DNA from: Gemmatimonadales bacterium
Lineage (GTDB): Bacteria > Gemmatimonadota > Gemmatimonadetes > Gemmatimonadales > GWC2-71-9
DNA length: 64,000 nucleotides
Direction: 5' to 3'
Assembly (NCBI GenBank): GCA_965249575.1
Contig: OZ252244.1
Span: forward strand, 142,612 to 206,611
The translations under genes were made by a program, and so were the position numbers. This document shows, piece by piece, positions 46,548 through 56,416 of the stretch. Within the stretch, counting starts at the first letter, position 1, and each line of letters begins with the position of its first letter. The notes under the pieces are model-generated. The model did not search any database and was not told the DNA's origin. It was given only the letters and a program-made list of their open reading frames with translations.

Positions 46548-49164
46548 TCGCCGGCTCAGTTGCTGACGTGCGATCGATACGCTCGAACTCCAATCGTCGA
46601 CCCCCGGAGGACCGCCGCACTTCGACGGTGTCGCCGTCGGCGAAGCGGCCCTCGAGGATCGCCAACGCGAGTGGATTCTGTATCTCCCGCTGGATGACCC
46701 GCTTCAGTGGCCGCGCCCCGTAGATCGGGTCGTAACCCTCGCCGATCAGGAGTTCTTTCACGTCGGGACGTACCTCGAGCCCCAAGCGTCTGTCGGCGAG
46801 CAGCGCCGCGACGCGCTCGAGCTGGAGGTCGATAATCTGAATGAGATCGTCACGATCGAGCGGACGGTAGAAGATGATGTCGTCGACCCGATTCAAGAAC
46901 TCGGGCTTGAACGCCTGACGGAGCGCCTCGTTTACTCTGCGCTGCGCCTCGTCCCACTGGCGCTCGCCCAACTCCAGGAGCCACTGGCTACCGACGTTGG
47001 ACGTCATGATGATCACGGTATTACGGAAGCTGACCGTCCGGCCCTGGCTGTCCGTGAGACGCCCGTCGTCCAGGATCTGCAGCAATACGTTGAAGACGTC
47101 GGGGTGTGCTTTTTCGATCTCGTCGAACAACACTGTTGAATACGGCCGGCGGCGGACTGCTTCAGTGAGCTGCCCACCCTCTTCGTAGCCGATGTAGCCC
47201 GGAGGGGCGCCGATCATTCGGGCCACCGCGTGTTTTTCCATGTATTCCGACATGTCGAGCCGAACCAGGGCCCGCTCGTCGTCGAAGAGGAACTCCGCCA
47301 GAGCGCGCGCGGTCTCCGTCTTCCCGACGCCCGTCGGTCCAAGGAAGATGAAGCTGCCGATCGGCCGATTGGGATCCTGCAGGCCGGCGCGCGACCGGCG
47401 GACGGCGTTGGCCACCGCTTCTACCGCTTCCCCCTGCCCCACGACACGCCGGCCCAGCTCACCCTCGAGCTTGGTCAGCCGCTCCTTTTCGGACTCCATC
47501 ATTCTCGTAACCGGAATGCCGGTCCACTTCGCGACGATCTCCGCTACGTCCTCGGCATCGACTTCTTCCTTCAAGTATTTCGCGCTTTTCTGAATTTCGC
47601 CGAGGCGGGCATCCTCCTCGACGATGGTACGCTCAAGATCGGGAAGGCGGCCATACGTGATCTCTGCCGCCCTCTGGAGGTCTCCCTCACGAGTAGCCTG
47701 TTCGGCCTGGATGCGAGCGGCTTCGAGCTCCGCTTTCTTGTCGCGGAGGCGCTGAATCGCGGCCTTCTCCGCTTGCCATTGCGCCTTCATGGCCTGCGAC
47801 CGCTCGCCCAACTCTGCGAGCTCTCGCTTGACGGCATCACGCCGCTCTCGGCTGGCGTCATCCTTTTCCCGAGACAGCGCCTGCTCTTCGATCTTGAGCT
47901 GCACCATGCGCCGCTCGACTTCGTCGATGTCCTGCGGCAGGCTGTCGATCTCGATCCGCAGGCGGCTCGCAGCCTCGTCGATGAGATCGATGGCCTTATC
48001 CGGCAGGAAGCGATCGCCGACGTACCGGTCCGAAAGCGTCGCGGCCGCGACGAGCGCGTTGTCCGTGATCCGTACGCCGTGGTGCACCTCGTAGCGCTCC
48101 TTGAGCCCCCGGAGGATCCCAATGGTATCTTCGACCGAGGGCTCTCCAACGAACACCGGCTGGAACCGCCGCTCGAGCGCCTTGTCCTTCTCGATTCGTT
48201 TGCGGTATTCGTCGAGCGTCGTGGCACCGACGACGTGCAGCTCTCCACGCGCCAGCGCCGGCTTCAGCATGTTCGAGGCATCGACCGCACCCTCCGCCGC
48301 TCCAGCCCCAACGATGGTGTGCAGCTCGTCGATGAACACGACGTAGCGCCCCTCCTGGCTCGTCACTTCCTTCAATACGGCTTTGAGCCGTTCCTCGAAC
48401 TCGCCCCGGTACTTGGCGCCGGCGAGCAGCTGCCCCATGTCGAGGACCAAGATCTGTTTCCCCTTCAGTGAGTCCGGCACGTCCCCATCGATGATGCGCG
48501 TTGCGAGGCCTTCGACGATTGCCGTCTTCCCGACGCCCGGCTCACCGATGAGCACTGGGTTGTTCTTGGTCCGGCGAGAGAGAACCTGCACGACCCGACG
48601 GATCTCCTCGTCACGGCCTATGACCGGATCGAGCTTGCCTTGCCGCGCGAGGGCCGTGAGATCCTTCGTGAACCGCTCGAGCGCCTGATATTTCCCCTCC
48701 GGCTCGGCATCAGTCACCCGGTGGCTGCCCCGCACGGCCTCCAGCGCTTCGAGGAGTGTCTCGTGATTGATGCCTTTCGCCGCCAGGAGCGCACGCGCAC
48801 TCGTCCCCTTCGTCTCCACGAGCGCCACCAGGACGTGCTCGGTCGAGATGAATGCATCGCCCAGTTGCTTCGCGACCCGATCCGCGGCGTCAAACGCCTC
48901 GCCCAGCTCGCGCGACATCGACGGTGCCGGGCCGCCAGTCTGCGTTGGAAGGCGATCCACCTCTTGTTCGACCGCGGCCGCGAGATCGCGCGTATCGAGC
49001 CCGGCCTTCTGGAGCACCGGGGTGACGATGCCTTCTTCCTGCCGGAGGAGTGCGAGCAACAGGTGCGCATCATTGACGACCGGATTGCCCCGTGCGCTCG
49101 CCAGCGCGGCGGCATCCTGTAGTGCTTCGTTGGCCTTCAACGTCAAACGATCAGGTCGGATCAT
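46534..49164 (-). CDS. clpB: ATP-dependent chaperone ClpB
   Basis: 876 aa with two AAA+ modules (GEPGVGKT and GPTGVGKT Walker A motifs). A long middle coiled-coil domain is present, along with a Clp_N-type N-terminus. Confidence 0.97.
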   Translation of the reverse strand: MIRPDRLTLKANEALQDAAALASARGNPVVNDAHLLLALLRQEEGIVTPVLQKAGLDTRDLAAAVEQEVDRLPTQTGGPAPSMSRELGEAFDAADRVAKQLGDAFISTEHVLVALVETKGTSARALLAAKGINHETLLEALEAVRGSHRVTDAEPEGKYQALERFTKDLTALARQGKLDPVIGRDEEIRRVVQVLSRRTKNNPVLIGEPGVGKTAIVEGLATRIIDGDVPDSLKGKQILVLDMGQLLAGAKYRGEFEERLKAVLKEVTSQEGRYVVFIDELHTIVGAGAAEGAVDASNMLKPALARGELHVVGATTLDEYRKRIEKDKALERRFQPVFVGEPSVEDTIGILRGLKERYEVHHGVRITDNALVAAATLSDRYVGDRFLPDKAIDLIDEAASRLRIEIDSLPQDIDEVERRMVQLKIEEQALSREKDDASRERRDAVKRELAELGERSQAMKAQWQAEKAAIQRLRDKKAELEAARIQAEQATREGDLQRAAEITYGRLPDLERTIVEEDARLGEIQKSAKYLKEEVDAEDVAEIVAKWTGIPVTRMMESEKERLTKLEGELGRRVVGQGEAVEAVANAVRRSRAGLQDPNRPIGSFIFLGPTGVGKTETARALAEFLFDDERALVRLDMSEYMEKHAVARMIGAPPGYIGYEEGGQLTEAVRRRPYSTVLFDEIEKAHPDVFNVLLQILDDGRLTDSQGRTVSFRNTVIIMTSNVGSQWLLELGERQWDEAQRRVNEALRQAFKPEFLNRVDDIIFYRPLDRDDLIQIIDLQLERVAALLADRRLGLEVRPDVKELLIGEGYDPIYGARPLKRVIQREIQNPLALAILEGRFADGDTVEVRRSSGGRRLEFERIDRTSATEPASVGA

Positions 49165-49307
49165 CTCCGGGTGTCAGGCTCCGAGTGTGAGGGTTCAGGT
49201 ATTGGTTTCGTGGTCCCCAAGGCCGGCCTTTACGGGCGCACGTCAACCGTGGAGTGGTAGGGCAACCATTGTGCCCCGGAAAAGCTGTCATTTCTGCGCA
49301 TTACTGC

Positions 49308-49347
49308 CAAAAAGACAGACGCGCCGTTCCGGTTGAAACGACGCGTC
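49308..49347 (-). terminator. Rho-independent terminator after the T9SS-CTD gene
   Basis: Minus strand shows GACGCGTCGTT-(8 nt)-AACGGCGCGTC (11 bp, one G-U) followed by TGTCTTTTTGG. Confidence 0.65.
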
Positions 49348-49377
49348 ATCGTCGCAAATGCGATCGAGTGCGATCGA

Positions 49378-49803
49378 TTACTTCACGATCGTCATCTTCT
49401 TGGTCACGCTCTTACCATCGACGATGAGCTGATAGACGTAGACGCCGGACGGTGCTTCCCGATCCGTGCCCCGGAGCTTCCCATCCCAATACGCCGTATA
49501 GCTCCCAGTCCCGTTCCAGTCCAGCCGGAGGTTCTCCAGCGCTTCTCCGGAGTTCTGCACGATCGGGATGGCGACGAGCTGAGCCAGCACATTGTAAATG
49601 CGGACGCTCACCACCGGCTGGTGCCCATCGGCGAAGACCTGATCGCTCAGGGCGAACGGGATGAAAGTTTCGGGATTGAATGGATTCGGGTAGTTGCGCC
49701 CGAGTTCCACGCTCGCACCCGACGACCCTTCCTGCGCACGCAGGCCAGCCGGTGCTACCACCGAGAGCCCGAGCAACAAAACCGCCCAGGCAAGCCACTT
49801 CAT
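49378..49803 (-). CDS. Small secreted protein consisting of a signal peptide plus a T9SS type-A sorting / FlgD-Ig-like C-terminal domain
   Basis: 141 aa. Signal MKWLAWAVLLLGLSVVAPAGLRAQ. Then NYPNPFNPETFIPF...SGVYVYQLIVDGKSVTKKMTIVK, the usual CTD pattern. Confidence 0.7.
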   Translation of the reverse strand: MKWLAWAVLLLGLSVVAPAGLRAQEGSSGASVELGRNYPNPFNPETFIPFALSDQVFADGHQPVVSVRIYNVLAQLVAIPIVQNSGEALENLRLDWNGTGSYTAYWDGKLRGTDREAPSGVYVYQLIVDGKSVTKKMTIVK

Positions 49804-49906
49804 TTGATGCTCCTATCTGACGAAAAAAGTCGCGTTAGGACCCGCTCCTCTTGAAGAGACGTATCTCACCAGCATGGGCTAAGTTAGGACCGCGCTGCGA
49901 GCTTTG

Positions 49907-51799
49907 TCAAGCGCCCTCCAGCACCCGCTGGGCATTCGGCCCCAATCGCCGCGCGTCGCCCACTCGCACCGTCATCCCCTGTCCGTCCATCCACTCGAGC
50001 ACGGGGATGAGGTATTTCCGGGTCAAACCGAGCGTGCCCCGAAGCTGAGCTGGCGTAGCGTCTCCAGCGCCCTGGATCGTTCGCAGGGCCGCCACCGCCA
50101 CCGCCTCTAACACCCCCCGATCATAGTATCGGTTCCCAACCCGGATCGCGGTGCCAGACCTCACATAGTAGTCAGCCAGTTCGCGAGCATCTTGTCGCAC
50201 GTGACGTGCCAGCTCGGCCACCGTTCTCCCCTGGCCACCCGCATCTGCCAGCAGCCGCTGGAGCAACGCACCGGCCTGCCGCTGACCGGCCGCAAGGGCG
50301 GGCGCGTGCGCGCTCAACCGCACCGTATCGCCCTCGATCACGATCCAATCCTCATCGGCGAGGGCAGTGTGGACATGTTCGGCAACCTCCGGCGAAGGGG
50401 CCAACTGGCGCAGGAGTTCCCGAGGCATGCCCGGCTCTAGGGGTCGCTCGTTGTGGTATGCTGCCAGCCGGTCGAGGACCGTTCGCCGGGCGTCGGCGAC
50501 TGCCTGGCCTGAGACCAGCGACTTCCCGAGGCGGGCGGGACCGCCCTCGCGAGCCAAGACCGCGGAGATCGTGGGCTCCACATCGCGCGGTCGGAGACCG
50601 GTCCGGACTGGGAGCGACGAGATCTCCAGCCCTTCGGGACTGGTGAGGTCCGCGAGCGTCACCACCCTCTGGCTCGCGTCGTCCACAGCGAGGTCAGGAT
50701 GCACCGGGGGCCGCCTGGGCCGGAGGGGTGGCCACGGATCGATCACGACCGCGCCCCCAATGGTCGCGACCGGCGAGTACTGCCGGATCACCGCTCGGTC
50801 ACCCCAGCGCGCCACGATCGGCGCTTCGAGTCTCAGCCGGGCCACCGCTGGCGTCCCGGAGTTCAGTCGCGGCCCCGCGGGGGTAACGCGGGCCATGATC
50901 TCCGCGGTGCCCAGCAGCAGCCGGACCCGTGACCTCTGGGTCAGCGGACGGGCGCCGGGGAGCAGAGTGAGCAAGACGTCCAGCGTCCCGGTGGCCTGCC
51001 ACGCCGGATCGCTCACGACCACGCTCCCGCGCACGGCCGCACCGCGCTCGAGACCGCTCAGCGCGAGGGCCGTCCGCCGGCTCGGGAGGGCCTGTCTGGC
51101 GGCCTCGCCATGCACCTGGATGCTCCGTATACGGGCACGCGCTCCAGCGGGCAGGACGCGGACATCTTCTCCCACTTGGACAGATCCGGTCGTGACGGTC
51201 CCCGTAACAACCGAGCCCGCACCCGGGAGGCTGAACACGCGATCGACTGGCAGCCGAAACAGGTCCGCGGTGTCGCGTGCGACCGCCTGTCCGCACCCAC
51301 GAGCCAGGGCCGCTTGCAGCTCCGTCAGCCCGACCCCACTCTCCACCGATACCGCGATCGGCCGCTCCCACGCGACGCTGCTCTCCGCGAGCCGCTCCGA
51401 TACCTCCTCCGAGACCAGCTCGAGCCAGTCTGCGTCCACCAGATCGCTTTTCGTGATGGCAATTACGCCGGCCTGCAGACCCAGCAATTCGAGGATCGCC
51501 ACGTGCTCCGTCGTCTGCGGCATGATCCCCTCGTCCGCGGCGACCACGAGCAGCGCGACGTCGACGCCGCTCGCCCCGGCAACCATGTTCCGCACGAAAT
51601 CCTCATGGCCCGGGACGTCCACGATGCTCGCGCGCATGCCGCCACCCAGGTCGAGGGCCGCGAATCCGAGATCGATCGTTATGCCCCTGCGCTTCTCCTC
51701 GGCCCAGCGATCGGTGTCGATCCCCGTGAGTGCCTTGACCAGGGCCGTTTTACCGTGGTCGACGTGCCCCGCCGTGCCAATGGTTACGTGTCGAGCCAC
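49907..51799 (-). CDS. selB: Selenocysteine-specific translation elongation factor SelB
   Basis: G-domain motifs GTAGHVDHGKT, DVPGHE and TKSD. EF-Tu-like domains II/III are present. A long C-terminal winged-helix region ends LTRKYLIPVLEWMDGQGMTVRVGDARRL. GTG 51799 is preferred, and the track start is TTG 51814. Confidence 0.9.
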   Translation of the reverse strand: MARHVTIGTAGHVDHGKTALVKALTGIDTDRWAEEKRRGITIDLGFAALDLGGGMRASIVDVPGHEDFVRNMVAGASGVDVALLVVAADEGIMPQTTEHVAILELLGLQAGVIAITKSDLVDADWLELVSEEVSERLAESSVAWERPIAVSVESGVGLTELQAALARGCGQAVARDTADLFRLPVDRVFSLPGAGSVVTGTVTTGSVQVGEDVRVLPAGARARIRSIQVHGEAARQALPSRRTALALSGLERGAAVRGSVVVSDPAWQATGTLDVLLTLLPGARPLTQRSRVRLLLGTAEIMARVTPAGPRLNSGTPAVARLRLEAPIVARWGDRAVIRQYSPVATIGGAVVIDPWPPLRPRRPPVHPDLAVDDASQRVVTLADLTSPEGLEISSLPVRTGLRPRDVEPTISAVLAREGGPARLGKSLVSGQAVADARRTVLDRLAAYHNERPLEPGMPRELLRQLAPSPEVAEHVHTALADEDWIVIEGDTVRLSAHAPALAAGQRQAGALLQRLLADAGGQGRTVAELARHVRQDARELADYYVRSGTAIRVGNRYYDRGVLEAVAVAALRTIQGAGDATPAQLRGTLGLTRKYLIPVLEWMDGQGMTVRVGDARRLGPNAQRVLEGA

Positions 51800-52557
51800 G
51801 GGGTTCCTTCCCAAATAGAGAGCGCTTTCAACTCGCGCTCCTCCGCTACGTGACGGCGGACGAAGCGCACGAGCAGGCGGCGGTGCGCGGCGGCCCGGCG
51901 GTCGGAAAGCTCATCTCCGTCATCGGCGCCACCCCGCCCCACGACGAAGGCTTGCAGGGCTGCCCGATCTTCGGGCGAAAGGGTGGGCGCCGCCGACCCC
52001 GGAGGGGGGGCGCACCTGGCACACAGGAACCCCCCCTCGGCGACCGAGAAAACGACCGAGCCCGAGGGAAGTGCTCTCCCATCGACCGCGCACTGGTCGA
52101 GTGAGGGCGCGAATCCCAAGGCCGCTACCGTTCGCCACAAGGCAACAAGCGCGGCGACCCGAGCACCGGCCGGCTCGGTTTCCACGAGGCGATCCAGTTC
52201 AAGCGCCAGGCAATCGAAAATCAACGGGTTGGGCTCCGCGGGCGAGCACCTGAGCACGAGCTCTCCCAGCGCCGACGCGGCGGCGAACCGCTCGACGTCA
52301 TGGGCGAGCGACGCGCGTTGGACCCCAACATCGAACGAGGCGAGCGTGTGGAGATCGCGTGTCGGCTTGTAGAAGTACTGCGCGATCCCCTGGCTCAGGG
52401 GCTGCAGCCGGGCCCCGAAGGCGCTCTTGGATCGGGACGCCCCCTTGGCGATCGCGCTCTGTACACCCTGGTCGCGGGTGGCAAGGCGTACGATCTTCGA
52501 CGTCTCGCTATACCGGAATCCGTGCAGCACGATGGCCGGCGTCGTAATGAGGGGCAT
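51784..52557 (-). CDS. recO: DNA repair protein RecO
   Basis: 257 aa. N-terminal OB-fold pattern TPAIVLHGFRYSETSKIVRLATRDQG. Zinc-finger-like CAVDGR...FLCARC. Confidence 0.85.
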   Translation of the reverse strand: MPLITTPAIVLHGFRYSETSKIVRLATRDQGVQSAIAKGASRSKSAFGARLQPLSQGIAQYFYKPTRDLHTLASFDVGVQRASLAHDVERFAAASALGELVLRCSPAEPNPLIFDCLALELDRLVETEPAGARVAALVALWRTVAALGFAPSLDQCAVDGRALPSGSVVFSVAEGGFLCARCAPPPGSAAPTLSPEDRAALQAFVVGRGGADDGDELSDRRAAAHRRLLVRFVRRHVAEERELKALSIWEGTPWLDT

Positions 52558-52577
52558 GATTCGGAAGATACACCACG

Positions 52578-52604
52578 AGGGGGAGCGGCTGGCGGCCTCC
52601 CCCT
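52578..52604 (-). terminator. Possible U-tract-poor terminator hairpin after the TonB-dependent receptor gene
   Basis: AGGGGGAG-(11 nt)-CTCCCCCT, a perfect 8-bp G/C stem 34 nt after the stop. There is no clear T-run, so this is weak. Confidence 0.3.
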
Positions 52605-52637
52605 AAGGTGCGTCCGTATGCGGGCGCTACCTGGGAC

Positions 52638-54599
52638 TCACCACCGCACTCTTGTGCCGAACAGCAGCGTGCGCCCCCGACCCGGGAACCCCACAACCTC
52701 GGTATAGTCCTCGTCCAGCGCGTTCTCGGCCCTGAGCGTCAACACCACCTCCGGCGCGCCGCCGCCCCCGGTCATGACCGTGTATTGCGCCGAGCCGGTC
52801 AGGACGCCGTAGCCCGGTAACGACACCCGGACGGCGGGGAACGCCGAAAAATCACGGTCGGCTCGGGAGCCAACGAACTGCACTCCGGCCGTCAGCGCGC
52901 CGCGCGCCCACCGAAACGCCGCGCGCACCGAGCCGCCGTGAGTTGGCCGGCGCAGCAGGCGTTCGCCATCGACGAAGGTCGCGTCCGGTCCGGTGTCGAA
53001 CCCCGGATCGGTCACCGTGGTGCGTAGATACGTATACCGACCACTGAGCGCGAGCCCGCGCGCGGGCGTGATAGTGGCATCGACCTCGACCCCCGACGCG
53101 TTCGCGCCGGCTACGTTGAAGTAGTTGGGCTGGCCTGGCGACGGGGGTGAGAACGTGAACTGGATGAGGTCACGAAAACGCTGGTCGAAGTACGTCGTAC
53201 CAATCTGCAGCGCGCCTCCAGCGATCCGTTGCTCGATGCCGACTTCCCAGCTGAACGAACGCTCCGGTTCCAGCGATGGATTCCCGGTCACGAATCCCGA
53301 CGCGAAATTCTCGAAAAACGTCGGCTCCTTGAACCCCGTGCCCGCCGTCGCGCGTACTCGAGTGTCACGCCAACGGTACGCGGCGCCGGTGCGATACGTA
53401 GCAAACGTCCCGAAGCTGTCGTTGTCGTCCAGACGCCCTCCGACGTTCAGTGCGAGCCCGGTCGTCGGCTGTGCGATCAGCTGCACGTATGCCGCGTCAT
53501 TCACGCGCTCAAGATCGAGCGATGTCGATGACGTTCCAAACTCGCTTAGGGACTCGTCAACACTCCGCTCCGACTGCTGTTCGATTTGGGCTCCGGCGGT
53601 GACCACGATTTTCGGGCCCAAGTACGCGTTCGCACGAACATCGGCTGTGCGTGTTCGCACGTGGCCGAGGCTACTGAACCCAAAGAACCCGAGTGTGTCC
53701 GCGGCACCGTCGGGCCGGTCGTCGAACCCACGGTCGGCCTCGTGGGCCGAGAGGTGTAACTGAGCCTCCACGTGTTCCGTGAGAAACCTGCTGATGTTCA
53801 CTCCGACGGACGTCGCGTCCTCAAATGTGAACTGGTTCCGGTCCACGAGGTTGCCGGATCCGTCCGTCGGGAAGTGATACGTGTTCTCTCCATAGCGCAG
53901 CGACAGGGATGCGGTCGTACGATCGTCCGGCTCGAACTCTATGAAGCCGGTTCCCGAGAGGTTGTGGTACTGGTTGTTGAAGTCGTAGATGCCGTCGGAG
54001 GAGAACCGCGAAAGCGAGAACGAGTAGCTCGCCCGATCGCTCCCACCACGCAGCGAGGCGTCCCAATGAACAGTGCCGAAGGTGCCAGCACGTGTACCCA
54101 GCCCAATGGACGGCCTCCCCGACCCGCGGCTCGTGAAGAGCTGCACGACCCCCGAGACGGCGTCGGAGCCATAGAGCACACTCGACGGACCACGCAACAC
54201 CTCGATGCGCTCAAGGTTATCCGTTGTCAGGTTCGCGAAATTGAATGCCCCACCCGGACTGTTCATGGAAATCCCATCGACCAGGACCTGTACGTAGTCG
54301 CTTTCGCCGCCCCGCAAGAACAGCGACGCGGTACCGCCGAACGACCCACCCTGCACGACCGAAGCACCCGGGACGTCTCGGAGCGCGTCGAATGCCTGGT
54401 ACGTTCCGTCCAATCGCAGCTCCGCGCCGTCTATGACCGCCACGGCCGAGGCAACGGCGTCCCGCAAAGTCGGAAGGCGAGTGACCGTCACCACGAGCTC
54501 CTCGAGCAGAAAGGTGTCCCGCTGGACGGCTGTGGCCGTTGCGGGCGTCCAGGCGACCACGGTGGCCGGGATGAACCAGGCGTAGACCTTCGATGTCAT
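52638..54599 (-). CDS. btuB: TonB-dependent outer-membrane receptor (BtuB-like, cobalamin/corrinoid)
   Basis: 653 aa with a plug domain (LEELVVTVTR, DALRDVPGASVVQGG, SLFLRGGESDYVQVLVDG). A beta-barrel follows, ending ...GTRVRW. Last gene of a cobalamin-riboswitch-led operon. Confidence 0.85.
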   Translation of the reverse strand: MTSKVYAWFIPATVVAWTPATATAVQRDTFLLEELVVTVTRLPTLRDAVASAVAVIDGAELRLDGTYQAFDALRDVPGASVVQGGSFGGTASLFLRGGESDYVQVLVDGISMNSPGGAFNFANLTTDNLERIEVLRGPSSVLYGSDAVSGVVQLFTSRGSGRPSIGLGTRAGTFGTVHWDASLRGGSDRASYSFSLSRFSSDGIYDFNNQYHNLSGTGFIEFEPDDRTTASLSLRYGENTYHFPTDGSGNLVDRNQFTFEDATSVGVNISRFLTEHVEAQLHLSAHEADRGFDDRPDGAADTLGFFGFSSLGHVRTRTADVRANAYLGPKIVVTAGAQIEQQSERSVDESLSEFGTSSTSLDLERVNDAAYVQLIAQPTTGLALNVGGRLDDNDSFGTFATYRTGAAYRWRDTRVRATAGTGFKEPTFFENFASGFVTGNPSLEPERSFSWEVGIEQRIAGGALQIGTTYFDQRFRDLIQFTFSPPSPGQPNYFNVAGANASGVEVDATITPARGLALSGRYTYLRTTVTDPGFDTGPDATFVDGERLLRRPTHGGSVRAAFRWARGALTAGVQFVGSRADRDFSAFPAVRVSLPGYGVLTGSAQYTVMTGGGGAPEVVLTLRAENALDEDYTEVVGFPGRGRTLLFGTRVRW

Positions 54600-54656
54600 G
54601 TCGATTCCTCACAGATATGGCTTCGATTCGAATGCAGGGGTCGTCGAGCGCGGGGG

Positions 54657-55460
54657 TCATGCATCACGGCGCTCTCCGTGCCGGAGGGGGATGAGCTGCG
54701 GTACCCCGCGCCAGCGAATGAGATCGATCGGGCATCCGAAGACGTCCTCCAGCAGGTCGCGGTGCAGGACCGCTTCCGGTGACCCGGTACTCGCCGCCCG
54801 GCCGCCGTCCATGACGACGAGCCGGTCGACGAAACGCGCGGCGAGATTGACGTGATGGGTTACGAGCAATCCGGCGAGCCGTTCGTTACGCACGAGGCCC
54901 GCGACGAGCTCGAAGACCTCCATCTCGTGGCGTACGTCGAGGTTTGCGGTGGGCTCGTCCAGCACGAGCGCGCGAGGTTCCTGCGCGAGAGCCCTGGCGA
55001 TGCGGACCCGCTGCCACTCTCCGCCTGAGAGGGTATCGATCCAGCGGCCGCGCAGCGCGTCGACGTCACACTGGCGGAGCGCTCGCGAAACCGCAGCGTG
55101 ATCCGAGGGGCCGGGGGCCGCCAATGGCTTCAGGTGCGGGTACCGACCCAGGAGAACACTCTCTTCGACTTTGAGCGGGAACGCCGGCTCCTCACGCTGC
55201 GTGACAACACCGACGACGCGTGCCAGCGCCCGCCGGTCCCACTCACTGGCCGGGCGCTCCAGAATACGGGCGCTTCCCACAGTGGGCGGGAGGACACCGA
55301 GGAGGATGCGGAGCAGTGTCGTTTTGCCGCTGCCGTTCGGTCCGACGATCCCAACCAATTCCCCCGCGCCAACGCGAAGGTCGATCTCGTCAACAGCCGT
55401 GGCTCGCGCCCGGGGATACGCGTATGCGACTCCGCGGGCCTCGAAGATCACCTGGTCCAT
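54657..55460 (-). CDS. btuD: ABC transporter ATP-binding protein (FecE/BtuD family)
   Basis: ATG 55460. Walker A GPNGSGKTT, signature LSGGEWQRV and Walker B LVLDEPTANLD. Confidence 0.85.
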   Translation of the reverse strand: MDQVIFEARGVAYAYPRARATAVDEIDLRVGAGELVGIVGPNGSGKTTLLRILLGVLPPTVGSARILERPASEWDRRALARVVGVVTQREEPAFPLKVEESVLLGRYPHLKPLAAPGPSDHAAVSRALRQCDVDALRGRWIDTLSGGEWQRVRIARALAQEPRALVLDEPTANLDVRHEMEVFELVAGLVRNERLAGLLVTHHVNLAARFVDRLVVMDGGRAASTGSPEAVLHRDLLEDVFGCPIDLIRWRGVPQLIPLRHGERRDA

Positions 55461-56416
55461 CGTCTCAAGAGCAACGCAAAGACAGGGACCCCCACGAGCG
55501 CGGTGACCACGCCGACCGGCATCTCGACAGGGGCAAACGCCGTGCGGGACACAGCATCGGCGCTCACCAAGAGGCTGCCTCCGAGCAGAAACGCCGCCGG
55601 CAGCAACCTGAGGTGCAGGTGGCCCCACACCATGCGAACGGCGTGTGGCACAACCAAGCCCACGAACCCGATGAGCCCGGACACGGCGACCGCCGCGGCG
55701 GTCAAGACCGAGGCGGCGAGGAAGATGACGCGCTTGAGACGATCGACGTCCGCGCCGAGAAAACTCGCGGGCTCTTCCCCCAACGACAGGAGGTCGAGGG
55801 GACGGCTCGCCCCGTAAAGGACCGCCAACGGCAGGAGAGAATAGACCGAGAAGATCGCGACGGTTCGCCACGAGGCGCCGTGAAACCCACCCAGTAGCCA
55901 GAGGAGCGCGTTTCGAAGCTCCGGAGCCGGTGATACCGCCATGATCGCGCCCATGATGGACGCCGCGAACGCACCAACCACGACACCGGCGAGCACAAGC
56001 ACGCGGGAATCTAGCGCTCCGCCCGCGACCAACGCGAGACGATACACGAGCACCACGGACAGCAGGGCACCGGTGAAGGCCAACCCCGGTAGCGACCACA
56101 GCCCACCGAACCCAAAGGCGATGGCGACGACCGCTCCGAGGCCGGCGCCCCCCGACAGCCCGAGGAGGTACGGATCCGCGAGCGGGTTCCGCACCACGGC
56201 CTGAAGGACTGCTCCCGAAACCGCCAGACTCCCACCGACGAGAAAAGCCAACAAGCCCCGCGGCGCGCGAAGATCCCGCACGATCGCCACCGTCGTCGGC
56301 TCACCGCGGCCCCGCAACGCATCGGCGACCGCGGCAAGCCCGATGTCGGCCGGACCCAAGATGGTGGCGACGAGCAGCGCGCTGCACGAGACGATGGCCA
56401 GGCCCACCCACTTCAC
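55448..56416 (-). CDS. btuC: FecCD-family ABC permease (BtuC-like)
   Basis: About 9 TM segments with typical FecCD blocks (RNPLADPYLLGLSGGAGLGAV). GTG 56416 makes a GTGA overlap with the btuF stop. Confidence 0.85.
   Translation of the reverse strand: MKWVGLAIVSCSALLVATILGPADIGLAAVADALRGRGEPTTVAIVRDLRAPRGLLAFLVGGSLAVSGAVLQAVVRNPLADPYLLGLSGGAGLGAVVAIAFGFGGLWSLPGLAFTGALLSVVLVYRLALVAGGALDSRVLVLAGVVVGAFAASIMGAIMAVSPAPELRNALLWLLGGFHGASWRTVAIFSVYSLLPLAVLYGASRPLDLLSLGEEPASFLGADVDRLKRVIFLAASVLTAAAVAVSGLIGFVGLVVPHAVRMVWGHLHLRLLPAAFLLGGSLLVSADAVSRTAFAPVEMPVGVVTALVGVPVFALLLRRWTR

Noticed and set aside
47230-48471. 413-aa plus-strand ORF (and similar ones at 50367-51818, 53772-54782, 58550-59794, 60417-61373)
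   Set aside because: All are antisense to strongly supported genes (clpB, selB, btuB, metK/BFN, ptsI) and lack recognisable motifs.
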